From contig CAYHXC010000003.1 in the NCBI GenBank assembly GCA_964360585.1, positions 18,113 through 82,112 on the forward strand: 64,000 bases of DNA, in the 5' to 3' direction. Positions 17,034 through 27,168 of this stretch are shown one piece after another (positions within the stretch are counted from its first letter, which is position 1; each line of letters starts with the position of its first letter). A program made the position numbers and the translations under genes. The notes beneath the pieces are model-generated. The model was not told the DNA's origin, did not search any database, and saw only the letters and a program-made list of their open reading frames with translations. Source of the stretch: an uncultured Candidatus Saccharibacteria bacterium. Its GTDB lineage: Bacteria; Patescibacteriota; Minisyncoccia; UBA6257; 2-01-FULL-56-20.

Positions 17034-17947
17034 TTCTTATAACCGGAGGGGCTGGATTCATCGCTTCTCATATCACCGACGCTTACGTCCAAGCTGGTCA
17101 CAAAGTGGTCGTGATCGATAACCTGAATACTGGTTTCCGGAGAAATGTAAATAAAAAAGCAAAATTTTATAAAGTAGATATCCGTGATCTTGACGCAATC
17201 CAAAAGATTTTCAAAAAGGAACGCCCGGAGATTGTGAATCATCACGCCGCCATCGCTGAGGTAGTGAAATCAGTTCGTAATCCGATTCCAACGTATGAAG
17301 TGAACGTGATTGGAATCGCCAATATCCTTCTTTCTTTTGGACAGTACGGCAAAGGGAAGAACAAAAAATTTATTTTCTCCTCAACAGGCGGCGCCCTCTA
17401 TGGCGAACCGAAAAAAATCCCTGCCGCTGAAACTACTCTGGTTGCTCCCCTCTCTCCGTATGGTCTCTCAAAACAACTCGGGGAAGACTTGATCCATTTT
17501 TATGCTCGGATGTACAAGTTTGATTACTATATCTTCCGCTATGCCAATGTGTATGGTCCTCGCCAAAACCCAAAAGGTGAAGCGGGTGTAGTCGCCATCT
17601 TCGGCGGTATTATGAAACGAGGCGAAGTACCGACTATCTTCGGTGATGGTACGAAGGCACGAGATTATGTGTATGTCGGCGATATCGTGAAAGCGAATCT
17701 CGCAGCGTTAAGGAAAGGAAAAAACGTTGCGACAAATATAGGTTGGGGCAAACTGATTACCGATCAGATGATTTTCGACACCATTGCTAAAACCCTGAAC
17801 TACAAACAAAAAGTAAAATACGCTCCCTATCGTTCAGGTGAAGTTTATCGCATTTCTCTAGACGCCGGAAAGGCGCGAAGCATTCTTGGCTGGAAACCAA
17901 CCGTTACTTTAGAAGAGGGTGTCCGCCGGACACTAGCCACTCTCTAG
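17027..17947 (+). CDS. NAD-dependent epimerase/dehydratase (UDP-glucose 4-epimerase-like SDR)
   Basis: 306 aa; MKILITGGAGFIASH Rossmann; YxxxK (YGLSKQLGE); extended-SDR architecture. Confidence 0.8.
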   Translation: MKILITGGAGFIASHITDAYVQAGHKVVVIDNLNTGFRRNVNKKAKFYKVDIRDLDAIQKIFKKERPEIVNHHAAIAEVVKSVRNPIPTYEVNVIGIANILLSFGQYGKGKNKKFIFSSTGGALYGEPKKIPAAETTLVAPLSPYGLSKQLGEDLIHFYARMYKFDYYIFRYANVYGPRQNPKGEAGVVAIFGGIMKRGEVPTIFGDGTKARDYVYVGDIVKANLAALRKGKNVATNIGWGKLITDQMIFDTIAKTLNYKQKVKYAPYRSGEVYRISLDAGKARSILGWKPTVTLEEGVRRTLATL

Positions 17948-17950
17948 ACC

Positions 17951-18460
17951 TCAGGTCTGCGATTTCGTTTTCCCGTTGACTCGGCTGACGTACTTCGAGA
18001 GAAGCCATGAGCTGGATTGGACTTTGCCGTGAGGACCGATACTAAAAACCATCTGCGCTCCAATCCGATCGCACAGTGGCACCTCAGGAATATTTTTCTT
18101 AGTCCGATCGCCCCCATTTGCGAAAATATCCGGCCGCAATTCCTCCAAGGCTTGGCAAACGCTCATGTCTTTCGGCTTTGCTGGATGTTTGGTGAGGACA
18201 ACCTTGTCTACTACCCGCAAAGCTTCGATGATCGCCTTGCGTTCAGCTTGATGCATGAAAATGTGATGTTTCTTCGCCCGAAGCCAGTTATCATTATTCA
18301 GAATTACCACTAGCGTATCGCCTAATTTTTTTGCCTCCTCGAAGAGTTCAATGTGTCCAATGTGGATTGGATCAAACCCACCGCTCACGGCAACAGTTAT
18401 TTTTTTCTTCACTGCTTTTCCGGTAGACATGTTTTTTGGAGAATTAGCCACCTTATGCAA
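17951..18460 (-). CDS. cytidylyltransferase-like nucleotidyltransferase (RfaE domain II-like, heptose-1-phosphate adenylyltransferase-type)
   Basis: 169 aa; VAVSGGFDPIHIGHIELFEEAKKLGDTLVVILNNDNWL...ERKAIIEALRVVDKVVL matches HxGH class-I nucleotidyltransferase/RfaE-II pattern; start codon choice uncertain. Confidence 0.5.
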   Translation of the reverse strand: MHKVANSPKNMSTGKAVKKKITVAVSGGFDPIHIGHIELFEEAKKLGDTLVVILNNDNWLRAKKHHIFMHQAERKAIIEALRVVDKVVLTKHPAKPKDMSVCQALEELRPDIFANGGDRTKKNIPEVPLCDRIGAQMVFSIGPHGKVQSSSWLLSKYVSRVNGKTKSQT

Positions 18461-18481
18461 TAATAACCCATTATATATCCA

Positions 18482-19951
18482 GTGATTACAAAAATAAAGG
18501 ATTTCCTCCTTATTAATAGGACCGAACGACAGACCGTAGCAAAAAATACATTCTGGCTAACGGTGAGTAATGTAGGCGGACGTTTAATTCGATCGATCAT
18601 TATTATCTATGCGGCTCGTGTTCTCGGTGCTTCCGAGTGGGGGGCTTTTTCGTATGCCATTAGCCTGGTCGCCTTAATTACTATTTTCACTGATCTGGGG
18701 ATCGGACCAACCCTTACTCGCGAAGCTTCAAAAAAAATTGAGGATGAGCGCTACCTCACTCGCCTTCTCTCAACATCTCTTTATATAAAAATTGCCCTCC
18801 TCCTTCTCGGCGTCCTGGCCATGATCTTTATTGCACCCTCCTTTACTTCTCTACCGAAGGTAGACGTCATCTTGCCTATCATTACTTTGGTTCTCATTTT
18901 CGATACCCTGCGTGAATTTGGCGTGGCCATCATCCGAGCCATGGAAAAAATGGAGATGGAAGCCGCCCTTTATATCTTCACCAATATCGCCATCCTGATT
19001 TGTGGCACATTATTTTTGATGTACCACCCAACGGTCCGCGGATTTTCCTTGGCCTATGCTATCGGTACCGGTGCCGGCATGGTCGCCACGATCTACATTC
19101 TTCGCAAACGCTTTGAAGGACTGTTTAACTCATTCGATTGGAAACTGACCAAAATTATTTTCATCTCCGCTCTCCCTTTCGCAATCTCGAGCGTGCTTGG
19201 TGGGCTTATGATTAACACGGACATTCTCATGCTCGGTTTTTTCCGTTCGGCAGAAGAAGTTGGTTACTACTCTGCTACGCAACGTTTAATCCAACTACTC
19301 TATCTCTTTCCCACCATTTTCGCCAGCAGTGTCTTCCCTCTTTTCTCTCGTTTCGCCAATCAAGACGAGAAAAAATTCCGCGATTTGATGGAACGAATTC
19401 TCTCGTTCAACTTTCTCTTGGCTATTCCCATTGTCACTGGCGGCATCATTCTCGCCGAACCAATTATTCAAACTATCTTTGGTACTGAGTATCTACCCGC
19501 CGTTCTGTCCCTCCAAATTCTTCTCGCTACACTGATCGTCACCTTCTCCGCCGCCATTTTGACGAACGCTGTTTTCGCCCATAATCGCCAGAATAGCTTG
19601 GTCATCTTCGCCACGTTCGGCGTAGTTTCGAACGCTGTACTCGACTTCTTTTTTATTCAGTGGTGGGGCATAAATGGTTCTGCTATTGCTACACTGATCG
19701 CTCAGATTCTCAGCAACATGTATTTGTGGCACACAATGAAACGCATTAATCCCTTCCATATTACCTCCCGACTCCCGCGGATACTGGTCGCTGGATTGAT
19801 CATGACACTCGTGACCGTCTTCTTTCACAGCCTCGGCCTAAACTTTATTTTGAATATTGTTATATCAGCCCTGGTTTACGGCGGTCTTCTCTTTGTTCTT
19901 CGCGAACCACTTTTTCGAGAACTGAAAATTACTTTACAACCGCTCGCTTGA
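18482..19951 (+). CDS. polysaccharide flippase (Wzx, MOP superfamily)
   Basis: 489 aa, about 12-14 TM helices, polysaccharide biosynthesis protein architecture; GTG start. Confidence 0.65.
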   Translation: MITKIKDFLLINRTERQTVAKNTFWLTVSNVGGRLIRSIIIIYAARVLGASEWGAFSYAISLVALITIFTDLGIGPTLTREASKKIEDERYLTRLLSTSLYIKIALLLLGVLAMIFIAPSFTSLPKVDVILPIITLVLIFDTLREFGVAIIRAMEKMEMEAALYIFTNIAILICGTLFLMYHPTVRGFSLAYAIGTGAGMVATIYILRKRFEGLFNSFDWKLTKIIFISALPFAISSVLGGLMINTDILMLGFFRSAEEVGYYSATQRLIQLLYLFPTIFASSVFPLFSRFANQDEKKFRDLMERILSFNFLLAIPIVTGGIILAEPIIQTIFGTEYLPAVLSLQILLATLIVTFSAAILTNAVFAHNRQNSLVIFATFGVVSNAVLDFFFIQWWGINGSAIATLIAQILSNMYLWHTMKRINPFHITSRLPRILVAGLIMTLVTVFFHSLGLNFILNIVISALVYGGLLFVLREPLFRELKITLQPLA

Positions 19952-20753
19952 GTCGAGCCATAGACTGATGGATCATCCGACGAAAACCTTCTGGTAAAAA
20001 GGCGTAGGCGTACTGCAGTTCGTTCATGAGTAGCGCGGAATAGTAGTTCGGATAATCATACTTATATCGCTTCATTACTATAAGCGCTGTTTTTAAATGC
20101 GGTTTTATCTTGGCAATTGAAGTATTATTTCCCGTCATGGTGTAGTAGGAAAAGTACTCTGGAAAGTTGTAGAGCTTACCAACTAATCCCATCTTTAACC
20201 AAAAGTCACGATCACCAGCATAGCGAATGGAACTGTCATAGAGATCCACTTTCTTAGCCGCCTCAAGACGAAACAGTGTGGTGCTGTTTGCCATCGGATT
20301 GGAGTAGAGCATATACTTTCGGATCTCAGCATCCGTTTCTGGTTTCAAGTAGCGATATTTTTCCTTTCCGTGCTCATCAATAACCACAACGCCGCCGCCA
20401 CACCCAACAAAATCTTTGTGACTGTCTAAAAACTGTATCTGCTTCCCGAGCTTCTCCGGATCAAGCCAAGGATCATCATCGTCAATCATAGCTATATATT
20501 CTCCGCGAGCCACAGCGAAACCCATATTGTAATTTTTAGAGATCCCCTGATTTACTTCGCTCCGTAAAAAAGTAATTCGCGATTCTCCCTCTTTTAATTT
20601 CTCCACTACGGAAACGGTGTTATCTTTCGAACCATCATCAGTAATAATCAGTTCCCAATCAGTGAATATTTGTTGCTGAATGCTTTTCAGCGTCGCTTCG
20701 AGCATGTGCGCCCGATTATAGGTACCCATCAAAACAGTTACTTTGGGAGACAT
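19929..20753 (-). CDS. glycosyltransferase family 2
   Basis: 274 aa; KVTVLMGTYNRAHMLEATLKSIQQQIFTDWELIITDDGSKD; DDD motif (MIDDDD). Confidence 0.75.
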   Translation of the reverse strand: MSPKVTVLMGTYNRAHMLEATLKSIQQQIFTDWELIITDDGSKDNTVSVVEKLKEGESRITFLRSEVNQGISKNYNMGFAVARGEYIAMIDDDDPWLDPEKLGKQIQFLDSHKDFVGCGGGVVVIDEHGKEKYRYLKPETDAEIRKYMLYSNPMANSTTLFRLEAAKKVDLYDSSIRYAGDRDFWLKMGLVGKLYNFPEYFSYYTMTGNNTSIAKIKPHLKTALIVMKRYKYDYPNYYSALLMNELQYAYAFLPEGFRRMIHQSMARLKRAVVK

Positions 20754-20799
20754 GGTAGATCAAGAATACCAAATATAAAACCGGAGAAGCAAGCTTGAA

Positions 20800-21321
20800 T
20801 TAGAGAAGCGGAATAACATCGATTAACTGATTGAGAACGTAGTCTGGCTTCACTCGAGCCAGTTCGTGAGCATTTTGATTATCTTTAATAAAAATAGTTT
20901 TACATCCGGCCGCCTGTCCGGCGCCAACATCATTGTCGCTATCTCCTACCATGAGAGACTTCGAAGGATCCCCCTGCAATTCCTCAAGCCCTCGGAGAAG
21001 CATCCCGGGCTTTGGTTTTCGGCAAACACACTGATCGGCATCCTGGTGGGGGCAGTAGTAGACCGCATCGATGCCCGGTAACATTTTCCGCATGTGCGCG
21101 TGAATCTTCTCTAATTCTTCAAGCGGCATAAGTCCCTTCGCAATTTGGGGCTGGTTGGTAACCACAGCGACGGAATAACCGCGCTCTTTGGCAGCGACAA
21201 TTAATTCAGTGCCTCCCGGCAATAATTCAAATTGATCAAAGCGGACCAAATATTCCCCTCGCGGCATCGCCCTACACAATGTTCCGTCGCGATCAAGAAG
21301 AAGGATTTTATTTGCGTTCAT
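20800..21321 (-). CDS. gmhB: D,D-heptose 1,7-bisphosphate phosphatase-like HAD-IIIA hydrolase (GmhB-like)
   Basis: 173 aa; ILLLDRDGTL (DxDGT), VVTNQPQIAKG, CYCPH...CxC zinc motif, GDSDNDVGAG. Confidence 0.65.
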   Translation of the reverse strand: MNANKILLLDRDGTLCRAMPRGEYLVRFDQFELLPGGTELIVAAKERGYSVAVVTNQPQIAKGLMPLEELEKIHAHMRKMLPGIDAVYYCPHQDADQCVCRKPKPGMLLRGLEELQGDPSKSLMVGDSDNDVGAGQAAGCKTIFIKDNQNAHELARVKPDYVLNQLIDVIPLL

Positions 21322-21385
21322 TGGCTTAGTTTTAGCATAAGATCAGCTAAAACTGTATGCCACAGTTTTCTTTTTATAGAATCTC

Positions 21386-21414
21386 TTGACAACACCCTAA
21401 AAAAAGAGTTAAAT
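21386..21414 (+). promoter_or_regulatory. putative sigma70 promoter for GC-rich HIT-fusion gene
   Basis: TTGACA (21386-21391), 17-nt spacer, TTAAAT (21409-21414). Confidence 0.35.
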
Positions 21415-21461
21415 ACTGCCAGCTTTCTTAATACGGGTTTTACCCGGAAAGGTTCAAAACG

Positions 21462-22466
21462 ATGGATATACTAGGCATTGTCGGCAAAGCACCGGGAGGA
21501 TTTCCAATTCTCTTTGGAGGGACGCGGCAAACTATCAAGATGTCGCGTGTCCATCAAATGCCACTTGAGGGGCTTGTGGACCCAGCAAACTGCGTCTTCT
21601 GCAAGATGGAACCCGCAAAGGTTGCGGAAGAAACCCATCACATTCCGGGCGTTGTGGAACCCAGAGGCTGGCGAAGACTGAAGAACGCCTTCACCCCACA
21701 CCCGGATCACCGCCTGATCATTCCGGAGATCTGCTGGTCTCCGGGCGATCTTCAGGAGTGGGGAGGCACCAGCGGCTTGTACTCTGCCCTCATCATGGCA
21801 GCGGCCGAAGCGGGCGATGGGAACGAGAAGGTGTTCCTTGTAAACGTCGGTAAGTCAGCCGGACAAAACCAAGGGCATCCCCATATGCACGTTTTCAGTG
21901 GCATCATCGAAGGCCATCGGGGCATTGAATCAACCTCCGATTTCGCTACAAAAGCAACCCACGTGGCAAGCGACAACTCCTTTGACATATTTGCCGCGGG
22001 AATTCATTCCGGAGAATGCCAAATCCTCCCCCGCGAGAGCGACTTCGACCTAAAGAAGACACTCAACCTGCATGCACTGGCTTCAGCAATGAGCCACCTC
22101 GTGAGACGTTGCAATCGCGCTTTCGCAAGCGAGCCCATGCCGATCTTCGTCGACGTGGCAACAAGGCAAGCAGTGGTCTCTCAAGCCATGAAGCCGGATC
22201 AGGTTGCAATTTTGAATGAGCGCTCCCTGAATGGCGAGTTGAAGTTCGAGCTCCGCCAGCTTCCCCCGCCCTGGAGTATGGCTGTTCGAGTGAGCGGCGA
22301 AGGCAAGCTGCTCTATGCCAGCTACGCCCCTGACCTCCACTGTGGTAGCGCTCTGGAACGATGCGTTTCGATCTTCGAGCGGGTTCCTTTCGTCTTGCCC
22401 TGGCCTCACGAAATGACCGCCGAACATCTCCGATCGTTCTATAAATCTCAACCGCTCCGTCCTTAG
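21462..22466 (+). CDS. HIT-superfamily domain protein fused to C-terminal domain of unknown function (GC-rich gene)
   Basis: 334 aa; N-terminal CVFCK, HRLIIPE, NVGKSAGQNQGHPHMHVF (HxHxH histidine triad); C-terminal ~170 aa unrecognised; visibly higher GC than neighbours. Confidence 0.45.
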   Translation: MDILGIVGKAPGGFPILFGGTRQTIKMSRVHQMPLEGLVDPANCVFCKMEPAKVAEETHHIPGVVEPRGWRRLKNAFTPHPDHRLIIPEICWSPGDLQEWGGTSGLYSALIMAAAEAGDGNEKVFLVNVGKSAGQNQGHPHMHVFSGIIEGHRGIESTSDFATKATHVASDNSFDIFAAGIHSGECQILPRESDFDLKKTLNLHALASAMSHLVRRCNRAFASEPMPIFVDVATRQAVVSQAMKPDQVAILNERSLNGELKFELRQLPPPWSMAVRVSGEGKLLYASYAPDLHCGSALERCVSIFERVPFVLPWPHEMTAEHLRSFYKSQPLRP

Positions 22467-22566
22467 ACAAGCGGTTTTTTATTTGACAAAGTATGATTTA
22501 TGTATTATAAGAAAATCAGCAATAGACTCATTTCCCTGATACTAAAAAGCAAGGAGGAAGAGGACG

Positions 22567-23271
22567 GTGAAAAAATACGATTATCTCGTTGTCTTCGGAC
22601 GAGGTGCCCAGGAGGGTCCCTTGGGATGGGAACCGACTGGACCAATTGAACTGACGACCGAAGGAGGTGGACACACCGGTAAAAAGGTCGCTGATCTTGA
22701 TATGAACAGCGATGATCCACGAAACGTCATCGCCGGCGCGGGGATGAACGTCGAAGCTGCTTCGATTCTCTACAAAGAGCTCCGACAAGCTGGAGAACCT
22801 CCTCTCAAAGTGGTATTCGCGGCCGGACGACCAGCATACCTCGCCAATGCGCCTTCGCATGTCACCGAGGGATCAGCCCTCCGGAAGGTGTTTGAAGCGA
22901 CCACGGATCTCGACGAGTCAACCGAAATCCAGATGCAGGCCACAAACCGGAACACGCGGGATGATCTGATCCAGACATTGAAAGCAGCTCTCGAAACCGG
23001 CCTGCTTCGGATCTGCATCATCTCGGTCTTGGTCCATTTGCCACGATGTCACGAGTTCTACCTCAAAGCACTCGAGACCAACCCAGAATTTCACCGGTGT
23101 TCGGTCGATTTCGTCGCTTCGGAGATGGTTATTTGGGAACACTATCCCGAGCGCCGACAAGAGGTCGGCGACCTTCTCGTTTCTCGAGCCTACGAGCGCA
23201 CCGCTCAACGAGAACGGAAAGGAATCGGGGATATACGCGACAACAAATACGACTTCGGCGACAAGAAGTAA
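22567..23271 (+). CDS. DUF218 (YdcF/ElyC/SanA-like) domain protein (GC-rich gene)
   Basis: 234 aa; YDYLVVFGRGAQ...VIAGAGMNVEAASILYKELRQAG...QMQATNRNTRDDL...ISVLVHLPRC consistent with DUF218 pattern; AGGAGG SD. Confidence 0.4.
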   Translation: MKKYDYLVVFGRGAQEGPLGWEPTGPIELTTEGGGHTGKKVADLDMNSDDPRNVIAGAGMNVEAASILYKELRQAGEPPLKVVFAAGRPAYLANAPSHVTEGSALRKVFEATTDLDESTEIQMQATNRNTRDDLIQTLKAALETGLLRICIISVLVHLPRCHEFYLKALETNPEFHRCSVDFVASEMVIWEHYPERRQEVGDLLVSRAYERTAQRERKGIGDIRDNKYDFGDKK

Positions 23272-23277
23272 CTCATC

Positions 23278-23310
23278 GCCCCTAATGCTCACGCATTAGG
23301 GGCTTTTTTA
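23278..23310 (+). terminator. rho-independent terminator (GCCCCTAATGC-TCAC-GCATTAGGGGC + TTTTTTA)
   Basis: perfect 11-bp stem, 4-nt loop, 6-T tract immediately after stop of 22567..23271. Confidence 0.8.
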
Positions 23311-23350
23311 TTTCTCTTTCTTTTTCTTTCGATACCACTTTTTGACAACG

Positions 23351-24073
23351 TTATATTTTTATCTGGCGCATCCAAACATCCAATATCTCTGAGTGTCCAT
23401 GTTCTTTGCCCACAAGATAGATCGATAGTATTTCCCGAATCGCAGCTACTTCGTCTATCTGGGCACTTGTCTTTCTGGCTGTTACAGCAATGTTTGGCAA
23501 CGTATTGATGCCAACCTTGTTTTGAAAACCAGCGGGAACGGCCCGAGCCAGGGTATCGATGACGCCATGCAATCCCAAGCCAAGTTGCTTACTCACATTT
23601 GAACGCATCCGTTCGACGCGGACTACATCAAAACCCAATTCTTGAAATACAAAGCGAAACTTCTCTTCGAACCAGCCATCGTAATGAATGGCCCAGTTCG
23701 CTTCTTCCGATCCGAAGATATGGCGGAGAATTTCTCCTTTATGATCGAGTGTCTTCGCGGCAAGAAAATCCTGGACACACCCTTCAAAGTCTGGAGTTTC
23801 AATAGTAACCACCCCACCCACTTTTAGCCATCGCCGCCAGCGGGCTAGGAGCGTGAGGGCGAGTGCTCGCTCGAAGTGTTCGAACACATGGTGATTCCGC
23901 ACTTCGTCAACCGTCCCTTCCGGATATGCGAGTGTTTTCAGGTCTTCATATCGATCCGCCTTGATAGTAACAATGGTATGTTCCGACTGCGGATAGTCAA
24001 TGTTTACATAGCCTTCAAGATACGTTGTGCCGCAGCCAAGGTGAAGACGGAGTGGTTTATTTTCTTGAGTCAT
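23351..24073 (-). CDS. class I SAM-dependent methyltransferase
   Basis: 240 aa; LRLHLGCGTTYLEGYVNIDY (motif I-like) ...VTIETPD; Methyltransf_11/23-like. Confidence 0.55.
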   Translation of the reverse strand: MTQENKPLRLHLGCGTTYLEGYVNIDYPQSEHTIVTIKADRYEDLKTLAYPEGTVDEVRNHHVFEHFERALALTLLARWRRWLKVGGVVTIETPDFEGCVQDFLAAKTLDHKGEILRHIFGSEEANWAIHYDGWFEEKFRFVFQELGFDVVRVERMRSNVSKQLGLGLHGVIDTLARAVPAGFQNKVGINTLPNIAVTARKTSAQIDEVAAIREILSIYLVGKEHGHSEILDVWMRQIKI

Positions 24074-24110
24074 AAGTAATTAAGATAAAACATGTTGCCA
24101 TTAAAAACAA

Positions 24111-24995
24111 TCATACATTATCCGACAGCTTGACTCGGTGCAACCTTCTTCGTCTATTCAGAAGATACACGAAATGCATCAATCTCCCAAAAGGATTCCG
24201 GGCGGCAATGAGTTTGCCAATAGAAATATTACGCCGATTTTTTTTCTCCAGCATTGCAAGATTATACTTCTCTATCTCCTCTTTGGTCATCCACTGCCTC
24301 ATCAAGCCAAATATCTGAAGGCACTGCTCCTGTGACGTTTGATAGTAGGAAGGACGCTGAGTGAAGCTTGTGGCGTGAAGGCGGCACTTCCCCAGGGCGA
24401 TATCCAGATATCCGAATTTGACTCCACGGTATGAGAGTTTGAGCCACAGATATTGTTCATCGGCCGAAGGAAATTTTGGCTCGAACGCGCCGTACTTATC
24501 AAACACCTCCTTCTTCACCATGACACTCAAGGGATTGATGAAATTTGAGACCAAGAGTTGGCTAAAAAGATAGCCGGAGGGATGCTCCATCTTCATGAGA
24601 TACAACGTATCTGGCTTTTCACTTTGGAAGTGGTAGATCTTGCAATACCCAAAGTCGACGTCGGGATTCTCTTCCATGAATGCAACCTGTCTCTCCAGTT
24701 TCTCGGGAAACCAAATATCGTCCGCATCAAGAAACGCAATATATTTTCCGCGCGCCAGATTGATCGCTTTATTACGAGCTGCCGATTGGCCACTGTTTTC
24801 TTGCTGTAAAAATTTGATCCTCTCATCTCGAAACGAACGTATTGCCTTTGCCGTACCGTCGGTTGAGCCATCGTCCACAATGATATGTTCAAAATACGGG
24901 TAGGTCTGCTGAAGGACACTCATTATGGTTTCCTTGATATACGGCCCGGCGTTATAGGCGGGAGTGACAACAGAAACTAGGGGTTGTGTGTTCAT
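24111..24995 (-). CDS. glycosyltransferase family 2
   Basis: 294 aa; VSVVTPAYNAGPYIKETIMSVLQQTYPYFEHIIVDDGSTDGT; DAD (FLDADD). Confidence 0.75.
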   Translation of the reverse strand: MNTQPLVSVVTPAYNAGPYIKETIMSVLQQTYPYFEHIIVDDGSTDGTAKAIRSFRDERIKFLQQENSGQSAARNKAINLARGKYIAFLDADDIWFPEKLERQVAFMEENPDVDFGYCKIYHFQSEKPDTLYLMKMEHPSGYLFSQLLVSNFINPLSVMVKKEVFDKYGAFEPKFPSADEQYLWLKLSYRGVKFGYLDIALGKCRLHATSFTQRPSYYQTSQEQCLQIFGLMRQWMTKEEIEKYNLAMLEKKNRRNISIGKLIAARNPFGRLMHFVYLLNRRRRLHRVKLSDNV

Positions 24996-25044
24996 ATGAG
25001 CAATAAATAAGATTCTTGGGGAGTTCTAACTTCCTTACTATTTA

Positions 25045-26082
25045 CTATACACCGATACGACTAAAAATCTCACGGAAGCGTTTCTCGTACGTGTGGTCAC
25101 GTATGGTCCGTTCGTATCCAGCCTTTGCTATCTGCTTTCGCTGTTCGGTATGGTCGAGATAATAGCGTACTTTTTTTACTAGTTCTTCTGGAGTTTCATA
25201 GAATTCCATTTCTTGACCCGGTACATAGTACTGTTTTATATTTGCTGATTTTCCCGAAATCACAAAGGCGCCACAGCCAGCTAGCTCAAACGGCCGGGCA
25301 TGGGTGTGCGGAACTGAAAAGTGCCACCAGGCCTGAGCATTTTCAACCAGATGAGGACTGAGAACAAGGCGGTCAATCGACTTTCTCAGAAATAATCGGG
25401 CTAGCACTCTGGCTTCAAAACGACTGGGGCGCTCGTTTAGATTCAGATTAATACGACTCCGCGAAAAAATTTGAAGCATCTCCTCGTGACTCACCCCACC
25501 CCTCGGCCAACCAAAACCATATGCTTGGACGGCGATGCCCTGCCGCTCAAGCATCTGAACGATCCGACCTCGGCCTGGCTTATACTGACCGACGAAACTG
25601 ACGTCAATGTCCTGATTCATGGGTCGAGGACCATACTGGGCGGTATTGCAGGCCCACTGAGAACCGATAACATTGTGGATGTCAGAGTGAGCGTACCACC
25701 CAAGAGCCTGCGGGGAAGTCGTCACCGCATAAGAAAACAGCGGAGCCCAGTGTTTCGAATAGTTCCAAAAACGCCAGTAGTCATCGGCAAACCAGGCTAG
25801 TGTTGGTACACCCATCTGTCTCAATGTTTCAAGGGTTGAAGGCAGCAATTCGTCCGTATACATAAAGACAAAAAAAAGATCCGGTTTCCCCTGCTTAGCC
25901 GTATCCAGTAACTCACGATTAAAACGTTCCTTACCAATCTCCAGGATGTGATCGAACGGTAGCTCGATCACCTCTACCCCGGGCAGCGAGGAGAGGGTTA
26001 AAAAAAAGTTCACATACTCGAAACTCTGCCGGCGACGAAAGTTGTAATTTTCGAACCGAGCACCAGCATATATAATCTTCAT
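25045..26082 (-). CDS. CgeB-like / GT1_2-type glycosyltransferase
   Basis: 345 aa; C-terminal FELAGCGAFVISGKSANIKQYYVPGQEMEFYETPEELVKKVRYYLDHTEQRKQIAKAGYERTIRDHTYEKRFREI typical of CgeB-family C-terminal domain. Confidence 0.4.
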   Translation of the reverse strand: MKIIYAGARFENYNFRRRQSFEYVNFFLTLSSLPGVEVIELPFDHILEIGKERFNRELLDTAKQGKPDLFFVFMYTDELLPSTLETLRQMGVPTLAWFADDYWRFWNYSKHWAPLFSYAVTTSPQALGWYAHSDIHNVIGSQWACNTAQYGPRPMNQDIDVSFVGQYKPGRGRIVQMLERQGIAVQAYGFGWPRGGVSHEEMLQIFSRSRINLNLNERPSRFEARVLARLFLRKSIDRLVLSPHLVENAQAWWHFSVPHTHARPFELAGCGAFVISGKSANIKQYYVPGQEMEFYETPEELVKKVRYYLDHTEQRKQIAKAGYERTIRDHTYEKRFREIFSRIGV

Positions 26083-26123
26083 AAAAAATAATTGGGGACA
26101 GACGAAAGTCCATTCGGATCTTT

Positions 26124-27137
26124 CTAAAAACTTCTTCGAGATACTTCTTTTTTGTGACGATCGATGAAAATCATCTCTTCGTGATCTGTCAGGTATTTTT
26201 TGCGCAATTTCATGATCCTTTGTAAGTACAGTTCAGTGGTACGCTGTAGTTCTTCCGGTATGCGATCGCCAGAGTTGCCCGGGTGGTTTCTCCCCCAGCC
26301 AGCCAAAGTTGGAACATAGTGAGACAGATAACCCTTCGCATTGAAGTTATAATGGAAGTCCATAATATGATCCATAATGACACGGCTCCCTTTTGAGTAT
26401 TTTGCCACACAGTCAAGATAAACCTCCTTGGCCACACACATCGGCTGTTCACTAAATGGAATTCCGGTGTTTAGCCAGTACTTAAACCATTCTTCTTTCT
26501 GTGGAGCTTGACCTTGCGGGAAGGTTCGCCGGAAGAAGAAATTAAGCTTGAATACGGCCGTCCGGGAAAAGAATTTTCTCAGTAAAACCTTGCGGCGCAC
26601 GGACGAACCCATCACAAGATCTCTCGCGACCAGCCACACCTTCGCGATAATGTGACGAACAACGTCTTTTGTTTTTTCAGAGTTCGTTAGGTGGGAGTAC
26701 GTTACATGATCATCGCTGAGCAATCGACCGTCGTCGGCCATCTCGCGAGTTGAGGCCCAGACCAGTGACACGGTCGGATCCTGATCAAAGATATTAATAC
26801 AACGTGCAAACCAATCATTATCTAAAAATCCATCCTGGCCGGCCACAATCATGATAAATTCGCCCGTGGTCTTGGCGACTGCTTTTTCAGTCGCATCCCA
26901 CGGTCCCTCGTCCGGTTCAGAGGTCAACTTAATACGAGGATCCTTGGCCGCCAAACGACTGACAATATCTTGCGTCCCATCGGTAGACGCTCCGTCCATG
27001 ATGATGAGTTCCCAATCGGGATACGACTGGGCTTGGATACTCTTTATGGTGGTTTCGATATATTTCGCCTCGTTTAAAACCACACAGGTTAAGGATATTC
27101 TCGGCTGATTCATACAGGCGATAGTATAGCAAAACAA
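26124..27137 (-). CDS. glycosyltransferase family 2
   Basis: 337 aa; ISLTCVVLNEAKYIETTIKSIQAQSYPDWELIIMDGASTDGT. Confidence 0.7.
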   Translation of the reverse strand: MFCYTIACMNQPRISLTCVVLNEAKYIETTIKSIQAQSYPDWELIIMDGASTDGTQDIVSRLAAKDPRIKLTSEPDEGPWDATEKAVAKTTGEFIMIVAGQDGFLDNDWFARCINIFDQDPTVSLVWASTREMADDGRLLSDDHVTYSHLTNSEKTKDVVRHIIAKVWLVARDLVMGSSVRRKVLLRKFFSRTAVFKLNFFFRRTFPQGQAPQKEEWFKYWLNTGIPFSEQPMCVAKEVYLDCVAKYSKGSRVIMDHIMDFHYNFNAKGYLSHYVPTLAGWGRNHPGNSGDRIPEELQRTTELYLQRIMKLRKKYLTDHEEMIFIDRHKKEVSRRSF

Positions 27138-27168
27138 AATGAAAAGACAAAGAAAAAACGCTCGTCAA

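Noticed and set aside
22063-22470. Long antisense ORFs (22063..22470, 22083..22451, 22528..22860) in the GC-rich island
   Set aside because: High GC suppresses stop codons. They overlap the HIT-fusion and DUF218 genes, which have domain support, a promoter and a terminator.
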